Position numbers and translations under genes: made by a program. The notes under the pieces were generated by a model that was given only the letters and a program-made list of their open reading frames with translations, was not told the DNA's origin and searched no databases. Shown here piece by piece: positions 11,228 through 22,505 of a DNA stretch of 64,000 nt. This stretch comes from Vampirovibrionaceae bacterium NZW_1234 (GTDB lineage: Bacteria > Cyanobacteriota > Vampirovibrionia > Vampirovibrionales > JAGQHJ01): NCBI GenBank assembly GCA_041697335.1, contig JBGUGD010000023.1:96001-160000 (forward strand), read 5' to 3'. Each line of letters begins with the position of its first letter. The first letter of the stretch is position 1.

Positions 11228-11572
11228 TCGTTTCCCTTTCTCACTTTTTGTACGCAATATCTTCTCCACAATAATCCCATTATGGTGTTGGGTCCCTGGC
11301 AACACATCCCCAGATGGGTGGAGCTTGATTCCGAATCCTCAGGAGTATCGACCGGTATTTGGATTTTCTTTGACAGCCTTTATGAAGTCTATTCTGATTT
11401 TTCCAGGCGATGTCGTCTCACCATCATTGAGAATCTTCAAATTCTTTAGTCTCCAATACCACAAACCTCTGTGAATCGCAGTCTCCCAGGATGGAAAAAT
11501 AACGATATAATGAACTCATGATGAGATTTCACCCTGTTCCGAAATCCAGGGCTGCGTGTAAGGAAAACCCCT

Positions 11573-12934
11573 ATGCCTGCTGAGCTCGACCCAGCCAGTC
11601 CCCATTCTGCTTTCTTCCGGTCCCGGCGCTCCTCTAAACGGATGGTCTTTGCCCTGGCGTTTTTGCTGGTGGTGGGAGGCGTGTATTGGGTTACGCATCG
11701 AGGGGGGAATGGGATGAATGCGGGTGCCCCATCCATGGCCGAGCTGATGAAAAAGCCCGTTCCGGTCATTGTTTCCCCGGTTTCGATGCAATCCGTTCCG
11801 GTGGTTCTGACGACGATTGGCAATACCGAACCGATGTCCACGGTGGCCTTAAAACCTCAGGTCACCGGCCGACTGGAGAGTATTCACTTTGTTGAGGGGC
11901 AATATGTTCAGCCGGGACAGATTTTGTTTACCCTGGATTCCCGGCCCTTTGAGGCGGCTTATCGCGAGGCTCAGGCGACCCTCCAGAGTGCTCGGTCGCA
12001 GGTGCAGCAGTTGCGGGCCAACGTCATCAGGGATGAAGCTGCTGTCCGCCAGGCGCAAGCCAACCTGTCTCGAGACACCGCGCAATTAACGTATGCCGAA
12101 TCCCAGGTACGTCGCTATGCCAGTCTTTTACAACAGGAGTATATTTCCCGAGATCAGTATGAACAGTCCGTTGCCAATCGTGATGCGGCCCGCTCGGTGG
12201 TAGCGGCCAGCAGAGCGGCAGTCGAAAATGCCAATGCTCAATTGCTGTCCGATCGGGCATCGGTACAGACGGCTGTTGCACAGGCTCAAGCTAATGAAGC
12301 CATTGTGGAGAACCGTCGTCTTGAGTTGGGGTATACGACCATTCGGGCGCCTTTTTATGGCCGGACCGGAAGTTTTCGGGTTCATGCCGGAGATATGATT
12401 CAGGCCAACACCACGGAGTTGGTGACCTTGGATAAGACAAATCCTATCTATGTCAGCTTTTCCGTGCCCGAGGCCCAGTTGGCCGAGATCAAGCGTCGTC
12501 AGGCCGTGCGGCCCCTCACGGTCAATGTGACCCTCAAAAATTCAGAACGCACCCGACTGACGGGGCGCCTGACCTTTGTGAACAATGCCGTGGACCAGAC
12601 CACCGGAACCATTCGCCTGAAGGCTTTGTTTGATAACGCAGACCGCAGGCTTTGGCCCGGTCAGTTTATGGATGTGGAACTGGTGATGGGCATTGATGCC
12701 AACATGATGGTTGTCCCGGCCTCGGCCATTCAAACCGGCCAGAAAGGGGATTATGTATTCCGTGTGGTGGATGGCAAAGCCGAGTACCAGGACGTTAAGG
12801 TCGTTCGTGTTGTCGAGGATCGAGCGGTTATCTCGTCCGGACTGAATACGGGAGATACCGTGGTAACGGACGGGCAGATGCAGCTTAGTCCAGGTCAGAA
12901 GGTGACCCTGAAGCGGTCGTTGTCACAAGAGTAG
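11573..12934 (+). CDS. RND efflux membrane fusion protein (MdtA-like)
   Basis: TM anchor, lipoyl motifs, TTIRAPFYGRTG, NAVDQTTGTIRLKA, LWPGQF. Confidence 0.92.
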   Translation: MPAELDPASPHSAFFRSRRSSKRMVFALAFLLVVGGVYWVTHRGGNGMNAGAPSMAELMKKPVPVIVSPVSMQSVPVVLTTIGNTEPMSTVALKPQVTGRLESIHFVEGQYVQPGQILFTLDSRPFEAAYREAQATLQSARSQVQQLRANVIRDEAAVRQAQANLSRDTAQLTYAESQVRRYASLLQQEYISRDQYEQSVANRDAARSVVAASRAAVENANAQLLSDRASVQTAVAQAQANEAIVENRRLELGYTTIRAPFYGRTGSFRVHAGDMIQANTTELVTLDKTNPIYVSFSVPEAQLAEIKRRQAVRPLTVNVTLKNSERTRLTGRLTFVNNAVDQTTGTIRLKALFDNADRRLWPGQFMDVELVMGIDANMMVVPASAIQTGQKGDYVFRVVDGKAEYQDVKVVRVVEDRAVISSGLNTGDTVVTDGQMQLSPGQKVTLKRSLSQE

Positions 12935-12954
12935 GGAAGGGTTGTCCTGCCCCC

Positions 12955-15900
12955 ATGAACTTTAGCCGAGTCTTTATTGAGCGTCCCATTATGACCACCC
13001 TGGTGATGGTGGGGATTCTGCTCTTTGGGCTTTTGAGTTACTTCCGCCTGCCGGTCAGTGATCTGCCGAACGTGGATTTCCCGACGATTCTGGTTTCTGC
13101 GGCCTTGCCCGGTGCCAGTCCCGAGACCATGGCGTCCTCGGTGGCGACGCCGTTGGAACAGCAGTTCTCTACGATTGCCGGGTTGGAGTCCATGAACTCG
13201 TCCAGTTCCCTGGGAAACACCTCTATTACGTTGCAATTTGACTTGGAGCGCAATCTCGATGCAGCGGCCCAGGATGTCCAGGCCGCAATCTCCTCGTCTC
13301 TTCGCAAGCTTCCGGTCGATATGCCCGCCCCGCCGACCCTGAGAAAGGTCAATCCGGCGGATCAGCCGGTGCTGTATATGGCGGTCAGTTCCAGTTATCT
13401 GCCGCTGTCTCAGGTTGATGAATACGCCGAAAAATTGATTGCCCAGCGGATCTCCATGGTGTCCGGGGTGGCTCAGGTTTCTGTTTTCGGCTCTCAGAAA
13501 TACGCCGTTCGGGTTCAGGTCGATCCTACGGCATTGGCCTCTCGCAGTATTGGTCTGGATGAAGTGACGTCGGCCATCCAGGATGCCAATGTCAACCGTC
13601 CCATTGGGTCTTTGTATGGCTTGAATCAGACATTCACCGTCAAGGACAACGGGCAGTTGTTTAATGCCGCTGCCTATCGGCCGGTGATTGTGGCCTATCG
13701 TAACGAAGCTCCCGTGAGACTGGAAGAAGTCGCCAATGTCATTGACAGTGTCGAGAATACTCGTATTGCCAGCTGGCGAAATGGCACACGAGCTGTTGTC
13801 TTGGCGATTCAGCGCCAGCCGGGAACCAATACCATTGAAGTCATTAACGACATCAAGGCGCTGCTTCCCACCTTTCAAACCATTCTGCCGCCAGGGATTA
13901 ATCTCGATATTGTCTTCGATCGCTCCATTACGATTCGAAAATCGGTTAACGATGTCCAGTTTACCCTATTGCTGACCATTGTCCTGGTCGTGATGGTGAT
14001 TTATCTCTTCCTGCGCAGTGCCTTTGCAACCATCATTTCCAGCCTGGCGCTTCCAATGTCGATTATTGGGACCTTTGCGGCCATGCACCTGTTGGGCTTC
14101 AACCTGGATAATATCTCCCTCATGGCCCTGACTCTGTCGGTGGGCTTTGTCGTGGACGATGCCATTGTGGTTCTGGAGAACATTACCCGGCATATGGAGA
14201 TGGGCAAACATGCGTTTCAAGCAGCACTGGAAGGAGCGCGGGAGATTGGGTTCACCATTGTCTCAATGACCCTGTCCCTGGTGGCGGTGTTTATTCCGGT
14301 TCTCTTTATGGGAGGCTTGATTGGGCGTTTGTTTAACGAGTTTGCCGTGACCATCAGTGTGGCCATTCTGATTTCCGGTGTCATTTCCCTGACCTTGACC
14401 CCCATGCTCTGCAGCCGCTATCTCAAAGTCGCTCCCAAAACCAGTGCGAATCCTGTTTTGGCTACCTCCGGTTATTTCTTTGACCAGCTTTATCATCTCT
14501 ATCAGTGGACTTTACAGGCCACGCTTCGACATAAGCCCCTGGTACTGATACTCTTTTTTGTGTTGACCGTCTTGACCGGTGTTCTGTTTGCTGTTACCCC
14601 CAAAGGCTTTATGCCCAACGAAGACAATGCCCAGATTTATATCTCCACGGAAGGTCCCCAGGGAATTCCTTTTGCCGAGATGGTCCGTCACCAGCGGGTG
14701 ATTGCCGAAATCGTGCGCAAGGACCCCAACGTTCGTACGGTGATGTCTACTGTCGAGAACAGCAATACCGGTCGGATGTTCATTGCCCTCAAGCAGCGAG
14801 AAGAACGAAGCAAAGGGGTCGAGGAACTGATTCAGGAATTGCGGCCCAAGCTCAATGCCGTTCCTGGAATTCGGGTGTTTATGCAGAATCCGCCCAGCAT
14901 TCGTTTGGGTGGCCAGCTCACAAAGAGCTTGTATCAGTTGACGCTGCAAAGCCCGAATACCGAGGATCTGTATAATGCCACCGTAGAGCTTGAAGCGCGC
15001 ATGAAGAAGATGCCGGATCTGTTGGATGTGACCTCTGATTTGCAAATTAAAAACCCGCAACTCAACATCCATATTGATCGGGACAAGGCCTCCTCGCTCG
15101 GGGTCAGCATGGATCAGATCGAAGAGGCGTTGAGCAACGCGTATGGCACGCGCCAGATTTCGACCATTTATACGCCCAATAACAGCTATCAGGTCATCAT
15201 CGAATTGATGCCCGAGTATCAAAAAGATTTTAGCGCTTTGTCCTTTTTGTACATTCGTTCCCAGTCCGGCCAATTGGTGCCGTTAAATGCAGTTGCCTCC
15301 ATTACCCAGACGGTGGGTCCCTTAACGGTGAATCACTTGGGGCAATTCCCCTCCACCACCCTTTCTTTTAACCTTCCTCCCGGTGTGGCCCTGGGAAACA
15401 AAGTGAACGAAATCGACGATATGGCCCGTTCGATCTTGCCCGATACGGTTCGAAGCAGCTTCCAGGGAACGGCTCAGGCGTTTCAGGCTTCCTCGCAGGG
15501 GATGGGGATCATGTTACTGGTTGCTGTTCTGGTGATTTATCTGATTCTGGGAATCCTGTACGAAAGTTTCATTCACCCGTTGACTATCCTGTCAGGCTTG
15601 CCACCGGCTGGCTTTGGTGCTCTGATTACCCTGTTGCTGTTCAACAAAGATCTCAACCTCTATGGGTTCTTGGGGCTTATTATGTTGATAGGCATTGTCA
15701 AAAAGAACGCCATTATGATGATCGACTTTGCGCTTGAAGCCCAACGACATGAAGATAAACCGGCTGAGGAAGCCATTTTCTCGGCGTGCCTGATCCGTTT
15801 TCGTCCCATCATGATGACAACGCTGGCTGCTCTCATTGGAACGTTGCCCATTGCCATTGGGTTGGGGGCCGGGGGGGAAGTCAGACAATCCCTGGGGCTT

Positions 15901-16011
15901 GCCGTGTTTGGCGGTTTGGTGGTGTCCCAACTCTTGACGCTCTATATTACGCCGGTCCTGTATGTTTACCTGGAGCGCCTCAAAGCGCGTCTGGTGAGGT
16001 GGGCTGCATGA
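12955..16011 (+). CDS. RND efflux permease (MdtB/MdtC-like)
   Basis: FIERPIMTTL, GFVVDDAIVVLENI, GIVKKNAIMMIDFAL, RFRPIMMTT. Confidence 0.95.
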   Translation: MNFSRVFIERPIMTTLVMVGILLFGLLSYFRLPVSDLPNVDFPTILVSAALPGASPETMASSVATPLEQQFSTIAGLESMNSSSSLGNTSITLQFDLERNLDAAAQDVQAAISSSLRKLPVDMPAPPTLRKVNPADQPVLYMAVSSSYLPLSQVDEYAEKLIAQRISMVSGVAQVSVFGSQKYAVRVQVDPTALASRSIGLDEVTSAIQDANVNRPIGSLYGLNQTFTVKDNGQLFNAAAYRPVIVAYRNEAPVRLEEVANVIDSVENTRIASWRNGTRAVVLAIQRQPGTNTIEVINDIKALLPTFQTILPPGINLDIVFDRSITIRKSVNDVQFTLLLTIVLVVMVIYLFLRSAFATIISSLALPMSIIGTFAAMHLLGFNLDNISLMALTLSVGFVVDDAIVVLENITRHMEMGKHAFQAALEGAREIGFTIVSMTLSLVAVFIPVLFMGGLIGRLFNEFAVTISVAILISGVISLTLTPMLCSRYLKVAPKTSANPVLATSGYFFDQLYHLYQWTLQATLRHKPLVLILFFVLTVLTGVLFAVTPKGFMPNEDNAQIYISTEGPQGIPFAEMVRHQRVIAEIVRKDPNVRTVMSTVENSNTGRMFIALKQREERSKGVEELIQELRPKLNAVPGIRVFMQNPPSIRLGGQLTKSLYQLTLQSPNTEDLYNATVELEARMKKMPDLLDVTSDLQIKNPQLNIHIDRDKASSLGVSMDQIEEALSNAYGTRQISTIYTPNNSYQVIIELMPEYQKDFSALSFLYIRSQSGQLVPLNAVASITQTVGPLTVNHLGQFPSTTLSFNLPPGVALGNKVNEIDDMARSILPDTVRSSFQGTAQAFQASSQGMGIMLLVAVLVIYLILGILYESFIHPLTILSGLPPAGFGALITLLLFNKDLNLYGFLGLIMLIGIVKKNAIMMIDFALEAQRHEDKPAEEAIFSACLIRFRPIMMTTLAALIGTLPIAIGLGAGGEVRQSLGLAVFGGLVVSQLLTLYITPVLYVYLERLKARLVRWAA

Positions 16012-17627
16012 GGAAACGTCATCAACTGCTTGCGTTGGCATTTGCGCTTCAGGTTTCAGGGCTGGCATTGGCACAGACCGAACCGGGATCTGCAATACCG
16101 GCCCCATCTTCAGGAGCACCGAATACCGGAAATGTCTCTTCAACGCCTGCCGTACTCCCCCCGAGTGCCGATCCGGGCTCAACTTCCCCAACAAAGTCGA
16201 CCTCTCCCCTGACCGTGAATGTGGAGGGACAACAGGTGGCATTGCCGGAAGGCACCATGGAGGCGGTGACACTGAGAGCCCATTTGCAAAAATCGCAGGA
16301 ACTGCCTCTAACACTGGAAAACGCCCTCCGCTTGGCTATGGGGCAAAATATTGTCATTGATTTGGCTGATGAGAACGTTCAGGTTCGCCGTTGGGAGCGG
16401 ATGTTGTCGCTGGCGACCCTGCTGCCGGATGTGACGTTTCAGTACAACCAGTCTCGGTTTCGGGGTGCAGTTCAAATCTTTGGCGGTGGGACCGTGGCCA
16501 TTATTCGTCCCACCGTGCAACCTCAGGTGACCTTCAATTACACCATCTCGACAGGCGGACGCGATATCTTTCTCTTGCGCGCCTCTCAGCAGCGTGAGGC
16601 GGCTCAAAAGAGTCTTGCTGAAGAGACGCGTCAGGACATACTCCGTCAGGTGGCACTGGCCTATTATGATTTGCAGCAAGCCTATTGGTTAAGAGCCATT
16701 GCACTTCAGTCCATCGAAGAAGCCCAGCAGCAGGTAGACCTGAACCAGGCTCGCCTCACCAGTGGTGTGGGTGTGCGGCTGGAGTTGCTGCAGTCCCAGA
16801 CCACGCTTGCAACCCGTCGAAACGATTTGATCACCACCGAGAATTCCATATCCACCGCATCTAACCGACTGTCACAATTATTAAATATGGACTTTGACGT
16901 GGATATTGTCCCGAATGCCTTGGAAGCCACGGTTCATCCGCTGGTGGATGAAACGATCTCCATTGATACGCTTTTGGCAACGGCCTATGCCAATAATCCC
17001 CGCATCAAAGCTCTTCAGAATTTAATCGAAGCCGGTCGCTCCGATGTTCGGGCGGCCATTGCCTCTATTTTCCCGGTGGTGCAGATTACGGCCTTTGCCA
17101 ACGGCACCGGCCCGGATTGGGCGAGTTTGCAATTCAGCCGGTTTACGGGGATTCAGGCCTCAACATCGCTGTTGCAGGGTATGGGTGTGGCACCGTTTGC
17201 GGGTGTACAGCTGGCTCGCACCAATGAGCGTATTGCCAAACTGAACCTGGCTGACTTTGATAACACGCTTCGGGAAAATATTGCCAATGCCGTGGTGTCT
17301 TTGCGGACGTTTGAGGCCAGGATTGCGGCATCTCGGGAAGCCCTTTCCTTTGCCCGTTCCGCTTATGAACAGGCATTGGGTCGTTTGCGAGAAGGTGTGG
17401 GAACCAATACCGATGTCATTGCCGCCAATACGACACTGATTCGGGCTCGAGCGGATTTGGCCAATGCTTTTCTGGACTACAACAAGGCAGCGGTGAACCT
17501 GGTTTTTGTTTTGGGAGTGGCCAGTGTGGAAACCCTGACGCAAGGCTATACGTTTTCTCCTGCACCTGCTGCACAGGTATCTCCAAATTTGGGAGCCGCC
17601 CTGGCCAAGTCACGGCTCAAGCCGTGA
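16008..17627 (+). CDS. TolC-family outer membrane efflux protein
   Basis: Start re-assigned to the ATGA overlap with the permease stop; signal peptide ALA-Q; two OEP repeats. Confidence 0.9.
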   Translation: MRKRHQLLALAFALQVSGLALAQTEPGSAIPAPSSGAPNTGNVSSTPAVLPPSADPGSTSPTKSTSPLTVNVEGQQVALPEGTMEAVTLRAHLQKSQELPLTLENALRLAMGQNIVIDLADENVQVRRWERMLSLATLLPDVTFQYNQSRFRGAVQIFGGGTVAIIRPTVQPQVTFNYTISTGGRDIFLLRASQQREAAQKSLAEETRQDILRQVALAYYDLQQAYWLRAIALQSIEEAQQQVDLNQARLTSGVGVRLELLQSQTTLATRRNDLITTENSISTASNRLSQLLNMDFDVDIVPNALEATVHPLVDETISIDTLLATAYANNPRIKALQNLIEAGRSDVRAAIASIFPVVQITAFANGTGPDWASLQFSRFTGIQASTSLLQGMGVAPFAGVQLARTNERIAKLNLADFDNTLRENIANAVVSLRTFEARIAASREALSFARSAYEQALGRLREGVGTNTDVIAANTTLIRARADLANAFLDYNKAAVNLVFVLGVASVETLTQGYTFSPAPAAQVSPNLGAALAKSRLKP

Positions 17628-17632
17628 GGATT

Positions 17633-18190
17633 TTACTCAAGCATCAATTCCATTTCGAGGGTTATTGGGCAATTTTTAAACACCCGATTTTCGTCGAGGG
17701 TAACAAATCCAAGCTCCCGGTATAGGCGGGTGGCTGCTGTGAATTCCCGCAAGGTGGCCAGAAAGACTTTGCGATAACCCAGTGCTCTGGCTTTGGCAAT
17801 GAGTCCTTGGGTCAGCGCTCGTCCAAGTCCATGGCCGCGATAACGCGGGTGAAGATACAGTTTGACGATTTCGCCCAGAACCTCGTTCTGGTGATATTGG
17901 GGGTCGGCTTGTTTTAGAGCGGCTGATCCGACGATGTTCTGCTCTGAATCCTGAAGAATCCAGAAGCATCCTTGAGTTGGATTGAGGGCCGTTTCCAGTT
18001 CCGAATAAATATGTCCCTTCTTTTGGGCTTCCTCCACCAGCAGAGCGCCATGGGCAAATTCTCCCGGCAGGATCTCCGCCATTAAGTTCAACACCTTGGC
18101 TATGTCCGATTCGGCGCCATCTTTCAAGGTTAACCCCACGTTTTTTAAGTGCAGGGTGAGCGTGGAATCCGGCATGTGCACACGTCTCAT
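17633..18190 (-). CDS. GNAT N-acetyltransferase
   Basis: KLYLHPRYRGHGLGRAL acetyl-CoA motif A; ATRLYRELGF. Confidence 0.9.
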   Translation of the reverse strand: MRRVHMPDSTLTLHLKNVGLTLKDGAESDIAKVLNLMAEILPGEFAHGALLVEEAQKKGHIYSELETALNPTQGCFWILQDSEQNIVGSAALKQADPQYHQNEVLGEIVKLYLHPRYRGHGLGRALTQGLIAKARALGYRKVFLATLREFTAATRLYRELGFVTLDENRVFKNCPITLEMELMLE

Positions 18191-18410
18191 AAAAGCCTCT
18201 TTTTCAATGAAAACGGCTCCGTAAATGATAGCCCTGTTTCTACGATTAAAATCGTAGAAATCAGTATTCCAGATGTCTCATAGTCTAACACCAAATGAAT
18301 CATTTAGACAAATCATTTTTGCGCATGGCACTCGTACTATTTTTTATCTATCTAAGCATCCCAATTGTTTACTACGGTATAATTTCAGATTCAATCGAAG
18401 GGTACGAGGT

Positions 18411-19037
18411 ATGATTCTCAAACAACCTGGGCCGACAGGGACGTCGGCTCCTCCCAAGCTGGGAGTTTATACGGTCCCGTACTCCCTGCAAGGAAAGCCT
18501 GAAGTGGCTCAACTTGCAGTTAAAGCCATTCAAAATGAAGTCCGTTTGCTGCAAGGAGACGATTTTCCCTTTGTGGCCCATTACAATGGCGGAACCATGT
18601 CTCCGCGGGACGCCGATAGCTTCAAGGCGTCTTACACCATTTATATGGGAAAACATGCGGACTTTTTTAAGCGGTACCAGAAGGTTTCCAATCGTGAAAA
18701 TGATGTGTTTCTCCAATACCGCGATGCCATTGATGCGGTGAACACGAGTAAACGTCATGATGCAACGGAAAAGCAAGCCATGCTTGCCCGCGTGCACGAT
18801 TATTTTAAACCTCGCTATGACCTGATCAAAGGTCGCTACGACAAGATGATCAAGGCCTTCCGCCGAATGGTGAAAAAAATGGATGACACCCCCATTCCGG
18901 CAGAAAAAATTCTGACCAGTTTGAAACAGGGTGTCTTTGATGTCTATACAGGTCACATTCGGCGCTTTGCGCCTCCGGGTTCAGGTCGGATTCCACGGGA
19001 TGCTGCCGCCCAGACCCGAGTCCGCATCAGCGCTTAG
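18411..19037 (+). CDS. Hypothetical protein
   Basis: TATAAT at 18378, GAGGT SD, ATG 18411, downstream terminator. Confidence 0.7.
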   Translation: MILKQPGPTGTSAPPKLGVYTVPYSLQGKPEVAQLAVKAIQNEVRLLQGDDFPFVAHYNGGTMSPRDADSFKASYTIYMGKHADFFKRYQKVSNRENDVFLQYRDAIDAVNTSKRHDATEKQAMLARVHDYFKPRYDLIKGRYDKMIKAFRRMVKKMDDTPIPAEKILTSLKQGVFDVYTGHIRRFAPPGSGRIPRDAAAQTRVRISA

Positions 19038-19057
19038 ATAGACAATTCCATTTCCAT

Positions 19058-19094
19058 AAAACCCAAGTTGCCACGGACGGTGACTTGGGTTTTT
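19058..19094 (+). terminator. Intrinsic terminator
   Basis: AAAACCCAAGTTGCC-loop-GGTGACTTGGGTTTTT inverted repeat. Confidence 0.75.
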
Positions 19095-19328
19095 AGGTTG
19101 TTTTTACACTACCAACTTTTTTGAAACGAGGCATTGTATTCGACAGATGTCCCAGGCGTTTTCGGGATACCCATGGGTTTTGGCTGAGCGTCCGGAGAAC
19201 AACATCGCCTAGCGACGCCAGACTCATCATTGCGGGTCACAGGATGCCTCGGTCAGCTACGCCGAAGCAGTCAATGACATCATGAAAGGTTGTCTCTATA
19301 GTAATTTGGACACGTCGATAGGGATGAT

Positions 19329-19958
19329 TTGGTGTTGGGTAATCTGAAGTTGCTGTTTCAGCCCAAACTGTTTTGGCTGGCCCTGGTGCTGATGTATGTC
19401 GTGCCTCAAGGCGCCAGTGCCGAGTCATCGGACATGCAAATTACGGAAGCCACCCACTATTTTCGTCGCCTGATGCTTGAATCCACCAACCCGGTCATTG
19501 CCACCATGGCCCAGTGGAGTCTGGATTATCTGCATCAAGACGACCATGCCAGAACGCTCAGGTCGGTTGAGATTCCATTGACCTCCTCCGGGAGTTCGGG
19601 CTTGATGGTGACTGCGCAAATCTCGGCCAAGAGCCAGCGGGTGCAACACGGCCAGTTTATGTTTGATACCGGCTCCACCTACTCGTTGATCACACCTCGG
19701 TTTGCGCGACAACTGGGTATTCAGATTACCTCCAACACTCCCCATCGCTTAATCTATACCGCCAACGGCAGTATGACTGTTCCCCTGGTCGAGCTGGACA
19801 ATGTCACTGTAGGGGCCTACCGAATCCCGAAACTCCAAGCTGTCATCAAAGACATCGGCGATAACGAAGGTTCCCTGGCGGGCCTATTCGGCATGAATGT
19901 CTTCCAAAACCACGATTTCTCCCTCCAAAAAAACAAGGTCATCGTGTATCTGAAATAG
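19329..19958 (+). CDS. Secreted retropepsin-like aspartic protease (clan AA)
   Basis: FMFDTGSTYSLI catalytic motif, TANG, GLFGMN; signal peptide; exact start uncertain. Confidence 0.85.
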   Translation: MVLGNLKLLFQPKLFWLALVLMYVVPQGASAESSDMQITEATHYFRRLMLESTNPVIATMAQWSLDYLHQDDHARTLRSVEIPLTSSGSSGLMVTAQISAKSQRVQHGQFMFDTGSTYSLITPRFARQLGIQITSNTPHRLIYTANGSMTVPLVELDNVTVGAYRIPKLQAVIKDIGDNEGSLAGLFGMNVFQNHDFSLQKNKVIVYLK

Positions 19959-20185
19959 AAACCGTAATTACGGTATTATTGAGCAGCAAAATAGCAGACC
20001 TGTTCTTTGTCTAATGATTTTCCTTGCCGTGTGTCAGGACTGGTGCTAAACAGATAATTGTGACTGAAAAAGCGATGTTACCCTATGATAAATCAAGGAT
20101 CAGTGTTGACGACTTATAATAATAGAAGCAACTGCCTAATGATTTTTTGAGATAAGTGCAGCCTAAATAGTGTAGATTAAATTAG

Positions 20186-21220
20186 GTGATGAAAAAGGTA
20201 CTTATAATTTCATTTACAAGTGTTGGAGACACTATCTTATGCATACCTATGTATAAGGCTCTAGGTACCAGCCCGAATATTAGTCGAGTGGACCTTCTTA
20301 TCTTTAACACGACGATTCGGGATTTATTAATTGGGCAGCCGGTCAATCTGATATACTTTCCATCCCCGAGCAATATATTTTCGTTTTCCATTAAGTTTTT
20401 GATGCTCCTAAAAACCGAAAAATATGATGTTTTCATTCTTCCTAAACCTTCGATATTTATACCTCTCTTGGCTTTTCTTATGAGAGTTCCGGAAATCATC
20501 AGCTATGAAGAGCGGCCCAATATTTTTTCTTATTTGAGTCGGTTTCTTCGTGATTTACAAAGAATTGCTCCACAAAAATTGAAGTGCTGGATTAGCAAAA
20601 TAGAATCACGCTTACCCTACCCGTATTCTCGCTGGGGTGGCTTTTTAACCCATCCTATTTTTGTTGAGCATCCAGAAGAAGGCGTTTATGTCAGGCATTC
20701 GAGAAATACATTTGTAAATCCTCTTGGCGTGGTAGTTACAGATAATTCCTTAGATGTAAACTACACATCTCAAGATAAAGTATCTGTTGAGCTTCTATTA
20801 AAGCAACATTCGGTTGATATAAATAGGCCTATTGCTATTTTTAATTGTTTTGCATCATCACAAGAGAAATCTATTCCATTAGAACATTATGCTTTATCAC
20901 TATCCTACTTAAGGGATAAGGGGTATCAGATCATTTGCACTGGTGCACTTGATACGAGTAAGCTTTATGATGAATTCAGAGTGAATCATCATTTAGAAAG
21001 TATGGTTAATTTAGCGGGTCAAACTACAATTCGTGAACTCGTTTACCTCTGCTCTAAAGCTGATATTTTACTGACGATTGATACGGGAACATTCCATGTA
21101 GGAATTGCTTCAAAAACGCCCCAGATATTTGTTCTATTTAAGTCCACAAATCCTGACAATTGGCTACCGGAGGAACAAGAAACAAAAATCGTACCAATAG
21201 TGACCGAAAACAACCCCTAA
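20186..21220 (+). CDS. Glycosyltransferase family 9 (heptosyltransferase-like)
   Basis: SVGDTIL, NLAGQTTIREL, IDTGTFHVG; AT-rich. Confidence 0.88.
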   Translation: MMKKVLIISFTSVGDTILCIPMYKALGTSPNISRVDLLIFNTTIRDLLIGQPVNLIYFPSPSNIFSFSIKFLMLLKTEKYDVFILPKPSIFIPLLAFLMRVPEIISYEERPNIFSYLSRFLRDLQRIAPQKLKCWISKIESRLPYPYSRWGGFLTHPIFVEHPEEGVYVRHSRNTFVNPLGVVVTDNSLDVNYTSQDKVSVELLLKQHSVDINRPIAIFNCFASSQEKSIPLEHYALSLSYLRDKGYQIICTGALDTSKLYDEFRVNHHLESMVNLAGQTTIRELVYLCSKADILLTIDTGTFHVGIASKTPQIFVLFKSTNPDNWLPEEQETKIVPIVTENNP

Positions 21221-21602
21221 AAACGTTTATCAAACACCAAGGCTGCAAATTTCAGGGTATAGAGATACAATTAGAAGATTATATATTCGAGGTTGTCAAA
21301 ACAGAAACAGATCTACGTTAACTAAACTTCTCGGGAATTAGACAACATTGCTGTTTCTGAGACAAATCTTGTTGAATTGTGGCGTGAATATTTGAACATG
21401 CGAAGCCCTACAGTATGCTATAATAAGGTTCTCTTTTGTATGTTTCGATTAACTCTGGGAAGCGTCAAGGGTATGGGTTCTCGCGAAGTCTTTCAAAACG
21501 ATTTTAAGAGGCTTTATGAGATGCAAGGTTTGTATTTCATTGCTCTCGACTTTTTGGGGTTAGTAACCTTATTGAAGAGCTGCCCATACTGGAGCTTTTG
21601 CG

Positions 21603-22505
21603 ATGCAACCTATTGATTCGAATCTACTGGTAGAGCTTGAGACCCATTTTAAGCTTTATTCTTCTCAGGTAGCTCAGAATGCAAAGAAGCCAAGAGGCCT
21701 TTTAGGGACCCTAAATCATTGGTTGTCTTTGTGCTTGCCCTCTAAATTATATAATTTATTCCGTTCCTCCTCCTGCTATCGAAACTTTTACCTGTTTTTT
21801 CGACGCAAAGCTTTGTTGACTCCCGATCCGGCTTTACTTGCTTTGTACTCCCAATTTATTACTCCAGATATGGTATGTTTTGATGTTGGTTCCCATTTAG
21901 GCTCTCGTATTACCGCTTTTCTTGCATTAGGGGCAAGAGTCATTGCTTGTGAACCTCAAAAAAATTGTGTCGCTATCTTGAGTTGTCTTTTTGATAATTC
22001 TTCTCGTGTAAATCTAATCCCGAAAGCGATAGGGAGCGCGACTGGCGTTACAGAGATTCAGATATGTAACAATACGCTGGTATCTTCCTTGAACCCTTCT
22101 TTTACTAAAAGCATGTTAGATACAGGGTGGAAAATTGTCTCAATTGCAACTCAACGTGTGGATGTGACGACTTTGGACTCGTTGATTGCGGAGTATGGGG
22201 TGCCGGGTTTTTGTAAAATTGATGTTGAAGGCTTTGAGTCGGCGGTTTTACAGGGGCTGACAAGCCCAATTCCAGCTTTGAGCTTTGAATTTCATATGTG
22301 GACACCAGAAATGAGAGAGGCTCTTTTAGATTGCTTGGCTCAGCTTGAGTCTTTAGGGCAGTATCAGTTTAACTTTTCTTTGGGGATGACCTACACGTTG
22401 GCGCTATCTTCATGGGTCGGTAAAGACGAATTACAAGACATGTTAATGAATAGACTGCCTCACGATGCTGAAGGCGATATTTACGCCAAACTGATTTCGG
22501 CATAA
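21603..22505 (+). CDS. FkbM-family methyltransferase
   Basis: FDVGSHLG, ACEP, VTTLD, KIDVEGFE. Confidence 0.9.
   Translation: MQPIDSNLLVELETHFKLYSSQVAQNAKKPRGLLGTLNHWLSLCLPSKLYNLFRSSSCYRNFYLFFRRKALLTPDPALLALYSQFITPDMVCFDVGSHLGSRITAFLALGARVIACEPQKNCVAILSCLFDNSSRVNLIPKAIGSATGVTEIQICNNTLVSSLNPSFTKSMLDTGWKIVSIATQRVDVTTLDSLIAEYGVPGFCKIDVEGFESAVLQGLTSPIPALSFEFHMWTPEMREALLDCLAQLESLGQYQFNFSLGMTYTLALSSWVGKDELQDMLMNRLPHDAEGDIYAKLISA

Noticed and set aside
12895..16314. Long antisense ORFs (327, 253 and 240 aa) over the RND operon, and similar shadows over typA and ftsH
   Set aside because: Shadow frames of well-supported genes with no motifs
11573..18190. GNAT as an MdnD-like acetyltransferase and RND pump as the RiPP exporter
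   Set aside because: About 15 kb from the precursors, generic families and no shared regulatory motif
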